Virus record (IMG/VR): IMGVR_UViG_3300045738_001030
Reading direction: 5' to 3' (one strand)
DNA: 64,000 nucleotides
From: an uncultured virus (IMG/VR IMGVR_UViG_3300045738_001030)
Taxonomy: Duplodnaviria > Heunggongvirae > Uroviricota > Caudoviricetes
Part shown: positions 63,947 through 64,000 of the stretch, one piece after another
Numbering within the stretch: position 1 is the first letter of the stretch
Layout of the letters: each line of letters opens with the position of its first letter
Program-made: the position numbers and the translations under genes
Notes under the pieces: generated by a model
The model's input: only the letters and a program-made list of their open reading frames with translations
Told to the model about the DNA's origin: nothing
Database searches by the model: none

Positions 63947-64000
63947 ATGGCCATCCGTAACCAAGCTTGGTACAACTTAAATTCGACAAGGGATTACCCT
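63947..64000 (+). CDS. Start of a third paralog (3' truncated by window edge)
   Basis: MAIRNQAWYNLNSTRDYP matches the WLDHNSQRNYP motif of 61230. Confidence 0.6.
   Translation, partial: MAIRNQAWYNLNSTRDYP

Noticed and set aside
1..64000. Stop-codon reassignment, as in some large phages
   Set aside because: Code 11 gives near-complete coding density with intact long ORFs; TAA, TAG and TGA all end genes just before the next RBS
1..64000. tRNA, rRNA, integrase or transposase genes
   Set aside because: Intergenic gaps are short and none shows a cloverleaf; no recombinase or transposase motifs seen

Overview
This 64-kb window is a gene-dense, almost entirely + strand segment of a large tailed bacteriophage with a contractile tail (myovirus type, probably a jumbo phage). 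It uses the standard genetic code. In order it holds: the 3' end of a class II ribonucleotide reductase; one reverse-strand gene resembling a Planctomycetota hypothetical family (from memory; a host hint); a cluster of glycine-zipper proteins; a two-gene multisubunit RNA polymerase; a head module (Zn-ribbon prohead protease, scaffold, decoration protein, HK97-fold major capsid protein); a GT2-methyltransferase fusion; neck, sheath, tube, spike, a frameshifted tail chaperone pair and tape measure; baseplate genes interrupted by a sigma70-like gene and a holin/lipoprotein/papain-protease cassette; and Cys-rich paralogous fibre genes. The most striking system is the RNA polymerase. It is co-linear with bacterial RpoB/RpoC, but complete beta is fused to the N-terminal half of beta' and the rest of beta' is a separate gene. 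Both beta' zinc sites are gone and neither chain contains a cysteine. Its neighbours are largely Cys-free or Cys-poor glycine-zipper proteins carrying a recurrent K-x-A motif shared with the protease, scaffold and capsid proteins. My inference is a virion-packaged, protease-matured and injected transcription/ejection apparatus. All calls come from reading motifs by eye with no database searches. No terminase, portal, alpha subunit, tRNA or CRISPR array was recognised.
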